A stretch of 64,000 nucleotides of DNA from Paraspadella gotoi. Lineage: Eukaryota > Animalia > Chaetognatha. The notes under the pieces are model-generated. The model was not told the DNA's origin and made no database searches. It saw nothing but the letters and a program-made list of their open reading frames with translations. This document shows, in pieces, positions 40,640-54,525 of the stretch. The stretch covers positions 8,173,063-8,237,062 of the forward strand of contig CM119270.1 in NCBI GenBank assembly GCA_051294375.1, given 5' to 3'. How positions within the stretch are numbered: the stretch's first letter is position 1; each line of letters opens with the position of its first letter. Both the position numbers and the translations under genes were made by a program.

Positions 40640-43130
40640 AGCGCAATCTGAGAAAGAAGAGCTGGATTCCGAAGAAAGAGGAATTTGGATACGTCCCCAA
40701 GGAGAGAAGATGTCGACCGAGGTGAGGCGGGTGTGGGTGGGGGGTGAGAAAAAATATATACTAAGTTAATATACATAATAATAATAGAGTAACAAAAAAG
40801 TCACTTCTGGATCTTGTCCCTTTACCATAACGTTGAATGTGCATAATTTTGTAAAAAAACAGTAATCACACACACTATTTATTAATTTAGTAATAGGTAT
40901 TGGTATACATCTGGAGACGTTTATGTGTATGTTAGAGTTATCAAGCAAATAGATGCGACGCGACATCCTTTGAAATATCTGTCTTGTTCAGCAAGTTTCA
41001 CTTCTTCCTTCTCAGGCTTCTGGGTGAAATCGAAATATTTGAAACGAAGTACGACATCGAAGAGGCAAGAAATTCGTCGCTAAGCCTAAAAGTGAGAATC
41101 TATAATACAATTTAAAATACTATAATTTGCGAACTGAAGTTTTAATTTCTGTTATTACTTCCATACAGAAAAACTACGGATCTCGAAGAAAACTTGAAGC
41201 GAGTAATCCGTGGGGGGAATATGAGTAGGAAAGTTTGAACTATTTCCTGACATAATTTAAAACTGGTACGTACAAATAAATTAAGAAATTAATGTAAGGG
41301 CGAATTGATAGGAAGAACGAGAAGAGGCGTCGTTTACGTGCGACATTCGAAGAAGCGAATCGATCGAGGTTCCTTCGAAAAAAATCTAAGGCCGAGTAGT
41401 CGCTTCTGGGAAAAGTCAGGAGGGAAAGAACTTATTTCTTATTCATTTATATGTGAAATGTTCTACTTTCAATCATTTTTCGCTTGCACCTCCTTACGCC
41501 CTCTTTCCTCCCCCTCTTTCCCCTTCTCTCCTCCCCTCTTAATCTAACCCCTCCTTCCCACCCTTATCCCTCTTCCTCCCACCACCCTTCCTCCCTACCT
41601 CCCTCTAACCCTTCCCCTCCTCACCTCCCGATCCAGACGAGTTTAAAAGACAAGAAGTCGATGATGTGTGGGCTTCTTTTTCTCTCGCGACGTGAAAACG
41701 ACGAAACCCAAGACATCAACGCAAAAAGTTCTCTGTTCAAAAAGGAGATTCTTTGCTGCTATATTAAGTTCTAACTAACCATAAAATAAATTTTGGACCC
41801 CAAAGAATTTCAACCTAATGCCAACACAGATAATTGCACACTTCATTGGTTTCCCAATCACAGATTCATTGCATATCATACGCCAATCAGATAATTGCAC
41901 GTCATTGTCAATACCACATATAATGCATATCATCCTGCACAAACCTTCAATATGGGCCATCAAATTAGAATGAAGTAGTATATTACATTCATTAACACAT
42001 TTATAAATATTTTTTCCTAACTGCAAGGGACGAGATCGGAATTTGAAGGCGGCGACTCATCAGTTCTGATTTCATCTCCCAGCGGCGCCAACACTCAGCC
42101 ACCGCCGCCGCCGCTGATCTAACATCCTCCTCTCGAAAACCCCAAACTCGTCGCCACGCATCACAAAAAACACACATCGACGCAAAGCTTCGATTCGCTG
42201 GCGAAGGAAATTCAAATGGTCTCTCACGTGCAGTCTCTCTCTCTCTCTTGGCTATAACAAATTAAGAAGTTATTGATAAAGTAAAGATATGATAATATTT
42301 CGGATGTGTTCATTCGCGTGGGGTGTTGGTCGATCTCCAGTTAGAATGAAGTGTCAATAGACTCGAAGAGGCGAAGGAAGAACTCGCTCGAAGACAACCA
42401 AAACCCGAGAAGGAGGCGGAGACGTCGACGAGCGATTCCACGAGAAAAGCGAAAGATCCTTCGGCCGACGATTCCAACAGCGCCGTCTCCGCAGCTGGAG
42501 CGCAGTCGCCGCGGAACAACGGCAGCAGCGGCTGGGCGCGGCCGAAGAACTCGACCAAGAAGGAGACGAGGAAGGAGCGTCTCTCAACAAAAAAACCTCC
42601 CTCCGCGACGGCACCCAGCGTGATTAATTATTCCCTCGCTCTCGAAGATCAATCTGACTTCGTCTCCGGTAGATATCTCTTTAGGGAGGGGGGTTCAATT
42701 AAACCTCTTATTTTTTCAAAACAGAGAGAGAAGAGTGGGGAGGGAACCATGAACCATTCAAAAAGCTTTGACACATGATCTAAAATTAAACTGCTTCCTC
42801 TACTCTTACCTAAATTCACCTTATACATATTATATTAAGTTTACTTATAAATAATTGAATTAGGCCTACCACCGAAAGCGGCCTCTCAAACATCATGAAT
42901 AAAATCGGAGGAACGAAAAAAGAGACGTCTAGAAAAGACTCGATCGATGGAAGAAATTTAAAGAGAAGAAGGATCGCAGGAGCCTCACCCTTGCAACAAA
43001 GAAAAAGAGGATATTGGAGAAACAAAAGTCGCACAAACTATTCAGACAAATACGACCTTGAAAAGGAATGCGATGGCCAAACGGTGACGAAAAGTCAAAA
43101 CCCGAGAAGAAAAAATACATTCTGTGATTA
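40640..43130 (+). CDS. Noisy exons of an uncharacterised charged/coiled-coil protein
   Basis: Best exon is 42361-42668 (caatAG|...|GTagat), open for ~103 codons: LEEAKEELARRQPKPEKEAETST...INYSLALEDQSDFVS. Smaller AG/GT-bounded pieces lie near 41040-41091 (ETKYDIEEARNSSLSLK|gtgaga), 41169-41202, 41312-41368 and 42028-42219. The frames do not join cleanly. Confidence 0.4.
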
Positions 43131-46100
43131 AATGTCTTTTGTTGTGTTGTTTAAAAAACAATTCAGAGATTAATATCAAGCGCTGCTTGACCGTCGTATT
43201 TTGTCTGATGAACCAAATTTAGATATAGTCATAATTGAGGAAGATAAACGAATTGATATAATGCCAAAGTAGCTTGTGTCTTCAAACGTCGAGCAAAGCA
43301 AAAGTCTTCGAGCCTGGAAAAAGGCGGCATCCTCTAAAACCCGATGTATCGGTTATTCACAAATTGTACCCAAAAGACTGTTGAAAGTATTTTTTTTTGT
43401 TCTAAATATAAGGACCTTTTATTTTGACTTCGATTGGCTCAAATCAGTTGTTGCTAAATTTTCAGTTCTCTTTATTATTAGAATCCCTAATCTTTGCTTT
43501 GTATTAAATATATTTCGATAATAACTTTTATATAAAGTAAATATACCTTCTCTTTTAATCGGTTTTATAATTTAATTGTTCAATTATAAACTTGTCGCTT
43601 TCATGATATCGTACTCTCATATACCATTTTTTTTCTAATTTTTATAAGTGTTCTGAAAATTAAATATAATTCGTTTGCTTGAAATTTGGGGCGGCTCACT
43701 TCAAAAATAAACGTATTATATAATTATCTCTTAACCGCGAATTACTGCCCCTCTTCGTTTAATTAATAAATATACATTTTAAAATTATATTTGTATAGGA
43801 AATTTACTTAAGGTTTTTAGGGTTATAGCGTTGATATAATCTCATGAATATCGCGCCTCTATGTGTAGTTTGCAACTTTGCTAAATACAGTATCTGATCT
43901 TATTCATCAACGGGTCGTTTTTAGTCATTAGCCAGCCGCCGCCTTGCCCCGTCAGCACGCTTCAGCAGTCGACAGCGGCAACGACGGTGGCAACCCAGAA
44001 ATCACTGGCAGGAACGGCGGCAGCGGGAAACATGTTGAGAATGCTGGGTGCAGGAGAGGATGACTATGAATGCGTCTTAGATAATAAAAGCTCGTCGTGG
44101 GCGCGAAATGCGAACAATGATACATCAGTCATAATATTCCAGGCTCGAGTTAGGCACTTGCCTATAATACTGTTTACAGTCCTAGTTTATCAACGTTTAT
44201 TTTCTTAGATTTAAAATTATATATAATCCTATATCCATTTTAGTTGAAATATAAAACCGTATGAATCATTAATAGTGCGACACACGATTGAATATATAAC
44301 AAATTATTCCTCAATTGTGACAAAATTGAGACATATATAATATAATATAATATAATAAAAAACTTAAATTTGAAAGGCGCTAGAAAATCGTAACATAGTT
44401 TGAACATAGGCAGAGGCCCTGGGCCGCTGGCGCTCTCTTCTTCTCTCTTTCTCTCTTCTCATCCTCTCTCCTTCTTTCTCATCCTCCCTCCTCCTCTCTC
44501 TCGCTCCCTCTCTCCTCTCCTCTCTCTTCTCTACTCATCTCTCTTTCTCTATCTCTTCCGCACGCCGTTATCGTCGAAAGGACAACCATGCCGAAGAGAA
44601 AGAGAAGAGAAGATGCCAACCAATACCATCTGAGGAGATATAAAATTGTACCTCAACGACTATTCCCGCAGTATTTCTGTTGTGTCTCGACACCTTTTCT
44701 CTTGTTTTTTCCATATCTCTTGACTCTCTTCACTTAGAACGCGCCTTTTCTAACTCTTTCCCTCCTCCTCCCCAATCCTCGACGCCACCACGAGAATACC
44801 CTTATCCTACTCCGCCTTCCGTGATCTGCTCTTTCTCACACTCCCACGATCGATTACTTCGTTAAACCCCGAGACTCGCAAAATTCTCCCACCCCTTCTT
44901 TCCACATCCCTCCCAACAAAAAGAAAAAACGCTCCCACTATAACACTTCGACCCCACCTCTCATTTCTATTTTCATCTCGGAGTCTCTTGGAAACACTCA
45001 ACGGATGCGTCTCTCTACTCACCTCACATCTTCCAACACACTCTCTCTCTCTCTCCTCTCTCTTCTCTCCTCCCTTCCCACTCTCCTTCCCTTCCCCGCC
45101 TCTCTCTCCTCTCTCCCTCTCTCTCTCCCTCTCTTCCCCCGTGCGGCGCCCAGGGCGCCCCGCGTCCCCGCGCGCCATTCCGCTGCACTCGCGCGCGCCT
45201 GTCCAAACGAAAAATTCCCAGAAGAAAGAAGACGCGCGCGCTAACTTCCGTCCGTCTCCCCTCCGCTTGCGCCTTCGGCGTCAACAAGTTTACGTCCCGG
45301 ATCCCGTGACGTTAATTTTAACGAAGGACTTAATCCTACGACAAACGATCTCTCCATCGCTTCAATTTTGATAAACGTTTCGCGCCGAAAAATCCTCCTT
45401 CATCCTTACAATGGAGATTAAATCAACCCGAGTCGAAAAATATTTATACCCAATCCATCACAGATACAAGATCACATTAAAATAAAAATACCAAATTAAC
45501 CACCTCCAAAACACAAAAAATCAAGCATCCATTCTTAAAATAACAACTTTAATAAATCCGCGTAAATTATATAATCGCTTCGTTAATTACGGCTTCTCTT
45601 ACTTCCTTCTCTATTTTGTGGAAAAGTCACGTTTTTTAATTCGCCGGAAAAACTGTCGCTGATGGCGAACTTTTTTATATTCCTCCTCTATTCTTCCCTT
45701 TTCCCGACTGGGCGATCCAACATTTGTCTCCCCAAGAAGGCATTGTCTGGCCGGTATAGAACGTAATAAGAAAGGCAGAGGAGAGAGAGAGAAGAGTAGT
45801 GAGATGAAAGCAAGCGCGAGGCGCCTCCCTCGCTCGAGCATCGCGAGCTGCAGGAAACGAGAAAAGGATGTCATTAATATTATATAAGAACATAACGTAC
45901 AAAAAAATTATTTTACTATAAAAAAGAAAATAGAAGCCTTTTCTTCCTCTCCTCTCCTTCTCTCTATTTTCCGAACTGTCTCCATCGTCTAATAAATAAT
46001 CTCCTCCCCGCTAAACTCACCAGCTCTTTACGTGAATCCCGTCCCCGCACCTACCCCACTCAACAGCTGCGAGCAATCTCCCATATCCTGTCATATCTGA

Positions 46101-48289
46101 CGCTTCCCCGCGGCTCTATCACACCCGCTCCGCCTCTCTTGCGTCGCCTCTCTTTCCCCACCCAATATGGTCGACAAATCATCGAACAGAGAAGAAAAAA
46201 AGAGTGGAGGGGGATGTTTGGTTAAGGTGAGAGTGGTATCGTACTCTTCTCGCCCTCTCTAATTGCTATATTGTGGATCCCTCCTCCCCCAGTTTATCCC
46301 CTCGGATTCCCTCCCTTCATCCCTCCTCTCCTCTCCTCTCTCTCCTCTCCTCTCTCCTCTCCCTCTCTTCGGTCTTTTTTCTTTCAATGAGCGACTACCA
46401 TATGGCGGCCATGACGACCCGCGGCGCACGCATGCATACGGCCTTTATATTGACCACACTGCATGCGCCCTCAAATATAGATGATACTTACCATCCTAGC
46501 TTGGATGTCTTATCACCACGCCGCTGAAGGTAAACACGAAATATATACCTCGGTCTTCTCTTCCACCTCGTGCGATCTCACGCTGACCGCGAAGACATAT
46601 TCACGTCATGCATCATACGAGTCCCAAAGCCTCTAGGGCACTGGAGAATCAAAAAGGAGGATAGGAGAACAATTCATGTTAATCCAGGGATAAAATACTG
46701 TATTGAGATCACTATAGTCAAATTTAATTCACACACAGTGCCAAAAAAATTGGAACTATCCATGTACAGGTCGGGCGAACAACCTCAACAACTACTCATT
46801 CATTAATGTTATGGCTCCCACTGAAATTTAATCCGTCGTCTTCATTGTTATTGGATTAAATAAAAAAACTATAAAAACCCCTTATGCGCGAAATAAACAC
46901 AAGAAAACATACGATATAATTCAAAAAATAGTCGCTCCGCGCGAGCGATAAGTTGAACTGAGACCGATTGAAGATTCGGTCAACTGAGAGCGAGCGGTAA
47001 GCAATATACACGCTTTATCAGAAGCTTATAATCGGAGGCGGATTAAAAAAGTTTTTTCAAAGGAAACAAAGCCTCACATCACAAACTACTTCTCCAGCAT
47101 ATTAAACAATTCAAAAAAAATCAAATAACAAATATTATCACCTTAATCCGTGTAAAATAATCATGTATTTAAAATATAAGCAAGAGTACGCGTACCCATC
47201 CACTACTAATAACCAAACAAAAATAAAACTCACTAGAGTTATAAAAAAATATATTCGGTTACAATTCTTATTTAGGAATTACAAAATAAAAATTAAAAAC
47301 AAATATACAGCCTTAATGTAAACCTAAAATGTTTTTTCTGGTTCGTAAAAAACAAAGCAGCTTATAATTGCAATAGTACAACCGACGACAATAACACATA
47401 AAATCAAATGTACCAAAGACACAAACATAGAAAGAGAGTTAAAAATAATTAATCACTCACGCAGATATTTGCCGCCAAAACCTTGAACTTTAGACAAATC
47501 TACTAACGAGAGCTCAACTGAACGTCAAGCTATAAATGTAATCCCATCAATGGATCCGTCATAAAATGAGTTTAACATCGGGCCGGACCTCACTCAACGA
47601 CAAGTTATCTACGAAATAAAAACATTTCCACCGTGGCAAATCTATAACTTTCCACCCATTGACTCCCGCTCTTCTCTCTTCTCCCTCGTCCAAAAAATAA
47701 CCACCACGCGACATCAAACCCTATATCCCATTCGACCTACTACAGTAAAGACGCGAACGAGCGCAACGACATACGCAACGCGTCGCAGCTTCAAAGATGA
47801 TCGGAAAGACAAAAAGGCGTGCTGACCACAAATCTATCGTGACAAGCAAAAAGAATTCTGACGTCGTCCGACGTTGAGAAGACCATGCAAACGCTCGCCC
47901 ACACCCAGTGGTGAACTACGACCATCAACGGCTTAACAAGCTCAACGTTACGTTACGCGGTATAGTGAAATTTATATTAAAAGTTACCTCTTGCGGGACG
48001 TATTATTGGAAAGAAATTAAATCTGGAGCAGTTTCTCTGCTTACGTTAACTTAGTCCTGATGCACTACATGTTCTTAATTCTTTCTTTCTTTTCTTCTTC
48101 TTTCTCTTTTGTCCGCAGTGCTTTTTTCGCGGATGTCACTGAAAGCTGACTGTTTCCTTGCTTTTTTCTTTTTCTTCTTCCGCTGTCTGCATGGTCTCCT
48201 CCTCGTTGCAATTGTCTGCGGACGGTATGTGAGTAGTCTCCTTCTAACACCTGCGAATCATTCTTATTCTCGTTCTCACCGATAATAAT

Positions 48290-48950
48290 ATTAAAAAACA
48301 AAGGTCTTTCGCAGCAATTTACATTTTTAAAACAGACCAAAATACTCATACCAAGCCGAGGATTTCCATTCTACGTATCTTTTTTCTGTCTATTCCTTTC
48401 TGGTAACAGTTTTCTGCGTCTACAAAACATTATCTAATCTCATCGCCCTATTGTTAGATCCAGATACTTTCAACATTGAACTCTCACCTATCGCATCTCT
48501 CAGAGGAATATTCAGGTCTTTATTTAATAAACCTTTCCTTTTTTCCTCTCCAACAAACTTGGCTTAATTCTCTAATTATAAATGATTAGCAAATCCGTCC
48601 TGGTCTAAGAACAATTGTTAATTGGGAATTAGCAAGCATGATTGTTATATAAGCACAATTAAATAAGAAATAACCAAATATATTTAATACAGTATGGCAA
48701 CAGCCGGGTTCCTGTGATGCCCATTGGATGGGGCATCTCCACTGTTTGGCTTTGTGGGGCTTCCGACCCTCAGTGACGCCTCCAGTCACTTGGCCGCGTT
48801 ACTGTCGTACCTTCCTTAGGACGGTCGCGCTTTGCTTTGATCTTAGGACTGTGGAAGGAACACTACACCTGGGATGGTGTGGCTTCCCCCTTTCTTTTTG
48901 TAAGCCATGATTTTGCTGACATGAAGTGGACAGTGATGGTGTGAATATTA
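48290..48950. repeat. Noisy duplicate of 35005-35540, including SINE-like copy A
   Basis: Same flank (aaacaaaggtctttcgcagcaat...aaatatatttaatacagtatggcaac) with heavy indel noise. Confidence 0.8.
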
Positions 48951-50688
48951 TCATTTTTTCATCCTGCTTCCACATGGACTCCTCTGTGTTTTGCCATAAT
49001 CTATCTATCTTTTTTTTTCTTCCTTTTTCTATGTTTTTGTTTCCCTCAAGCTTCTGAGTAGGTGTTGCTCTTTTGACAATTTTATAGACTGTTAACCTTT
49101 TATTTTAATTTGGGGGAGAATGAGAGAGCGCGAGTTGTGGGTGGCAGAGGCCGTTTGTCCGTTAGCTGCCTCCAGGGGCATAGGCGTTTGTTTTTGTCAA
49201 TAGCGTACTCCATTATGTTCCGGTATTCATTTTGTCATAGCGTTTTGTTCTTCTGTATTTAGGCGTTACTCTTTTCTGTAAAGGTCTTCGGTTCGGTCGC
49301 TTCGTTATATCGACCTTTTACCCTAGTCCTTTTCTCTAGCGTGCGCTCCTTTCTCTATTCTCATTAACATAAACTATTCTTCAATTATCCTGCAATATGT
49401 CCCAATACAAGTAGCTCGGTGCGTGCGCCCCATTGGGTGTACTGCTCATCGATCTTCTCCAGGGTTTTGATCTATGGCCAGCTTCCTCATTGTTAATTGA
49501 TCATTTCAGCTGTTTCTACGGGCATACCCTATTCACCCCATACCTGTTGGCTTTGGGGGCCACTTCCGAACCTCTCAGTGACCCGTCGCCGCCTCTCCTC
49601 CAGTCACTGCGCGGTTACCCTAGGACGGTCTCCTGGCCCTCTTGTCTTTTTCCCGCCCGATCTCGGGAAGCTTTGGCCCAATGCGAATTTTTCACTTTTT
49701 CCCGCCATTTTTCTTTCTTTTCCTCAGCTTAGGACTTCCCGTGCAGGCCGCCAGGCTCAATCGGACGTTCCATCTTCCGGCGACCCCTTCAGCCCGCTAG
49801 TCTACCCGCCAGGGCCGTCCGCAAGCACAGCGAATGCCGGGCGTGGGGCGACCCTCTTTCCTCCGCCGCCGCCGCCCAGGAACACTACACCTGGGATGGC
49901 CGTTCGCCTTGCTGTGCAGCCCGGCGCTCCGCTGCCACCTCCGCCTCCAAATCGTTACTTTCTCGCAATCAAATTCTCGGCTGACTTCTGCGCTCTTTCG
50001 CGAGCACCAAAACGCCGCAGAAAAGAATTGACAACGATCCTGGGAACGTCCGGCCGGTGTTGCCAAGAGCTATAAGACTCAAAACTGACCACCACCACCG
50101 GCCGCAAGACGCCCGTCAACGCCGCCGCCGCCGCCGCCCAGCACACCGAAACGACGAATCGCGACGCCGAACTCGCGACGTCGATCCTTAGTCGTGGAAA
50201 TTAAGGAGCGCAAACAACAAGAAGCCAGCGCAACTCCAAACATTCTGACAAGAAATTTTTCAGCTACAGACGGTCGAGTTTGCCTCACCGTTCCTGCAAC
50301 ACACCAAGAAGAATCGGCTAAATTTTAATACTAACTCAACTAACATTAACTTAAAAAACAACCTTTATATTATTTTAAAAACACATCTTTTTTCAACGAC
50401 ATTTTTTCAAAATATATGAACACAAGAGATATGTAATATGCTAAGTAGAGAAAAAAAATTAATATAAAAGGGAAAAAATGAAAAAAGTCTTACATTAGAA
50501 ACTTTAAGTCGTTAAATTTCTCGTTTTCTCCAGAAACTGAAGAATATTTTCAAATATCTTCGACTATAAAATAAACCGTAAAAATAAAAATAATATTAAT
50601 TTATAACACTGGCAATAAACAACGTCACATAAAAAATTTAATGCCAGATCTGGCAACAACAGGNNNNNNNNNNNNNNNNNNNNNNNNN

Positions 50689-53600
50689 CTGATCAAGATT
50701 CCTTTATAATTTATATTTCACTTCTATTCTAAACTGCATAGTCAAGGCCCCCACAAATTATATCAATATAGGCAGATTTTGAAAGCGTGGCGTCTTGGGA
50801 AGCTAACGAAGGCAGAGCTTGACCAAATTCCCATTTTATCACCCAAAATTGGTTGTTTAAAATGGACTGTTACAGGCCCATTTTTCCACTTTTCCTCATA
50901 AAAACCTGCTAGATCTATTTGTCTTTTTCTAACACGATAAAAAAAAGGAAATTTAAATTCTCTACAATCTTGGAATGCTATAAAAGAAATAATAGAGTTA
51001 TGGAATTTAATTTTTCAGGGTTATGGTAAAGTTAGGAGTTTGGATAAGATAAGGTTAGAGTAAGTGAGTTAGGCGTTATGGTAAGTTAGGGTTATGGGTA
51101 GTTAGAGGTTTTGGTTAAATTAGGGTTATGATAAGCATAAGGGAATATGGTAAGTTACGAGGTTTGGGGGTAAGTTTAAGGGTTGGTTTAAGGGTAAGTT
51201 ATGGTTAGGGGTACTATATTAAGGTAAGTTTTAAGATACACTCGATTGTTTTGTAATAAAAATGTATTATAATATCATTATTCTTGCTTCTCCTAATTTG
51301 CCCTAGCCGCGTTCGGGCGTCGTCGCCCGCTTCAAATTAGTTCAACAACGTGAGTTTTTTGTATAACTATTATTTTTTATTATTTGCAATTCAAGAACCC
51401 GTAGAAGAACATTAATTCTAGAATTACGGGCCGACGGTACTTGTTTTTATGGTGAATTGAAATGTCTCAGGAAACACAAATAAAGAAACTATTGACCTTC
51501 TAAAATCTTCAGTCACTAAAATTAAACGGTCATTAGGATTTGACCGAGGCAGAGAAAGATAGGCGAGGCCATAATATTTCTACAATTGCTAATTGACAAT
51601 TGTGAAGTGACAATTGTGAAGCGACGATTGTGAGGGTTGACTAGGACTAGCTCTGACGAACAAGCCCCTGAGGTTTTTTTAATTATTTCTGTATACGGGC
51701 CAAGTAGAATTGATGGGCAATATTATTAATATTAAGTTTCAAAAAAAAAAAATCCAACCATAAATATAGAAAATATTAACCAAAATTTTGGAAAATCCAC
51801 CCCTTCTTTGGAAGATTTTCGCCATTAGAAATTTTTCCCGAATCTGACTCCCGGTTGAAAACTCTTTAGAATTCCGATTGTTAGCTTCCTCTTTTACTTT
51901 TACTTTAAATAAAAAATTTCACCAAAATGGACTAATTCACTTTACCATTGATTCGTAATCAGATCAAAATAACCAAATAAAATTGATAAGAAAAAATTTT
52001 GAGAGCCCTTTAGACACTTGCCAAAGGATTCCAAAATTAGACCTCATTTGTTAAACAGGAACATACCTCAGTCACGTTATATCGGTTTTCAAGGAAAAAT
52101 TCCCTTTCATTTCTATATAAAATCAGAAGATGGAAAATTTTCCACAGCGAGAAGCCAGTCTATTTGTTTCTGGCTTGTTTGATATCAAGATGATTGATTG
52201 ATTTTGACAAGAGCGAAAAAAAATGCGAGCCCTTAGAGCACAGGATCGGAATCAAGGTGTTTTTTACATACGATATTTTACTCAGAATTTTTTACCAGGA
52301 AGCGTTTATATTGTTTTGGTGTCAGATTTGAACGAAATCTCCATTGAAAAAGTCTTCCTCGATCTCTAAGAACGAACGTAGACTCCTAAGTGACGATCGT
52401 GAAGTCAGTCGTTGAATCTGGATGTGGTCATGGAAATGACGATTTTAATTAACGTTAGTGTTTGCTGGCAGGATCACGCTAAATATTTTGGTAATCGTAT
52501 CTATTACTCTTTTTGTTCTCTTTGATTATCTCTGTACATGTTGCTTGATTGATGTATATATGTGTTTTTATCATTTACGATTCGATGCAGCAGGACGAGA
52601 TTAATTTGATTGTCTGAAGACAAAAAACGAGCTTTATTTCGTGAGGGACGACTATCGGCTTTTCGATCGGCACCGAATGTTCCGCAAGAAGTAATCATGA
52701 CCAATTGCTGCCGGCAGATTCCTACATTCATAAGGTAATGTGAAATAAACAAAGAAGATTGTTAATTTTAGCCCAAATTTGGGCAAGACCTAGATGAAGA
52801 ACTTTTGCCCCATGACAGATGGAAGTTGAGGGTGCGATCAGGAGGTCCCCAGAGCACCGAGTGGGACTTAACAGAAGTTCATGTGAACGTTTGGTAAGGT
52901 TTGACATTGGATCGTTCATGCGTGGTTTAAATTAGAGACAAGAAAAAATTGTATTTCACAGACGCAAGGTTGGGTTGATTTATTAAGAGTGGCACGCATG
53001 TTTCGAACAGATTGTTTTTGTTCGATCATCTAAGTGCATTTTGCATTTTGAAATACAAAATTTGGCAAGTCAAGAAATAAAGGTCAATGAGAAATATGCA
53101 CAGGTAGTAAATTGATCTTTACAATTGAAATAATGTTATAACTAATAGAAATGCAAATGAAGCTAAAAGCTGAAAATAAACCAACAACGAAGTGAAATAA
53201 ATGTTATATGTTTTTGTAATTTGTTAATATGAAAGGAAAATTGCTAAATTTTGTAAGTGAAATGAGAAGTAAAGAAAAGAGAGCGTCAAAGTGAGCAGTT
53301 TAAATTTCAAACGTATTTGTTCGGATTTGTTTGATAAAATTTCGTGACCTTATCCCTAACAAACCTGAACTCGAAGAAAATTCCACATTTTGTTATAAGC
53401 GGGATTATATGGCCTTTCTTTTTTTCAGGAATGCGCCAAGTGCTCTGACGCAAAAGGCGTAGTGATTCCTTGCTACAATACCAACACATTCATATTAAAC
53501 CTCATTTCCTCGATCGTTTCGGGTGAGGTTATTTGCGGAGCGGATTTTCTACATGCTGTTGTCTTCATCTCCTCGTGATGTTTTCCTTTTCTTTCCTTTG

Positions 53601-53872
53601 ATCGGTTCCAGCATAGCGTCATAAAATTCCGAGGTTTCAGGAGGTAGCCATTAGCAGGAAAATCGGGCGATTCCAAGCTCCCACCTCATCGGGATTACAA
53701 CGCCGCCATGATGACGCCCCACGGTGCCCCCCCAGCCCGGAATGTCCTCCGAGCCGTAAGGGTAGCGGCCGTAGACCTAATTCCCGGTTTCGAGCGAGAC
53801 GAGATACAAGCGGACAAACGAAGGCGAAAAAGTCTTTTGATCGGCTCCACGAGTGTTTTTCGGTGAATTGGT
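50689..53872. repeat. Tandem duplicate (noisy) of 53925-56956
   Basis: The middle (~51610-52410) is essentially identical to ~54780-55575, and both ends are indel-rich. Confidence 0.9.
52590..53872 (-). pseudogene. 5'-truncated, frameshifted copy of the alpha/beta hydrolase gene (probably an assembly artefact)
   Basis: Contains noisy versions of exons 3-5 (PETIEEMRFNMNVLV, MNDPMSNLT, QLVMITSCG). It breaks off inside exon 2 at the duplication junction. Confidence 0.65.
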
Positions 53873-53894
53873 ATGCCTCTCTTTTTGGCACACA

Positions 53895-54525
53895 GTAGGG
53901 CTGCGCATCGTTCGAGTCGAAGTTCCGATCAAGATTCCTTTATAATTATATTTCACTTCTATTCTAAACTGCATAGTCAAGGCCCCCACAAATTATATCA
54001 ATATAGGCAGATTTTGAAAGCGTGGCGTCTTGGGAAGCTAACGAAGGCAGAGCTTGACCGAAATTCCCATTTTATCAAGCCCAAAATTGGTGTTTAAATG
54101 GACTGTTCAGGCCATTTTTTCCCTTTTCTCAAAAAACCTGCTAGATCTATTGTCTTTTCTACACGATAAAAAAAAGGAAAAGTTTAAATTCTTACAATCT
54201 TGAATGCTTGATAAAGAATAAAGAGTTATGGGTAAGTTAGGGTTATGGGTAAGTTAGGGTTTGAGGTAAGATAAGGTTAGAGTAAGTGTAAGTTAGGGTT
54301 ATGGGTAAGTTAGGGTTATGGGTAAGTTAGGGTTTGCGTAAATTAGGGTTATGATTAAGTAAGGGATATGGTAAGTTAGGGTTTGGGGTAAGTTAAGGTT
54401 AGGTTTAAGGGTAAGTTATGGTTAGGGGTAAATTAAGGTGAAGTAACGATTGTTGTAAAAAATGTATTTAAATTTTCTATGCCCTTTGGGTCCCGCGTTC
54501 GAGGCGTCGCCCGTTCAAATTAGTT
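53895..54525 (+). mobile_element. Non-autonomous element (MITE- or Helitron-like) with an internal minisatellite
   Basis: The ~280-bp left arm recurs diverged at 57305-57630 and in the duplicate at 50689-50985. It is followed by a 17-bp array and a GC-rich hairpin-like end plus ttcaaattagt. Boundaries and class are uncertain. Confidence 0.45.
54225..54432 (+). repeat. 17-bp minisatellite GGGTAAGTTAGGGTTAT containing the telomere-like hexamer TTAGGG
   Basis: About a dozen degenerate units. Related arrays lie at 51015-51230, 61690-61830 and (reverse) 22461-22535 and 28151-28222. Confidence 0.85.

Noticed and set aside
52590-53872. A second functional hydrolase paralogue
   Set aside because: It is truncated at the duplication junction, has read-like indels throughout, and its flanking DNA is identical to the main copy.
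54225-54432. True or interstitial telomere, or a CRISPR array
   Set aside because: The unit is a 17-bp degenerate minisatellite, not tandem TTAGGG. There are no unique spacers, and the context is eukaryotic.
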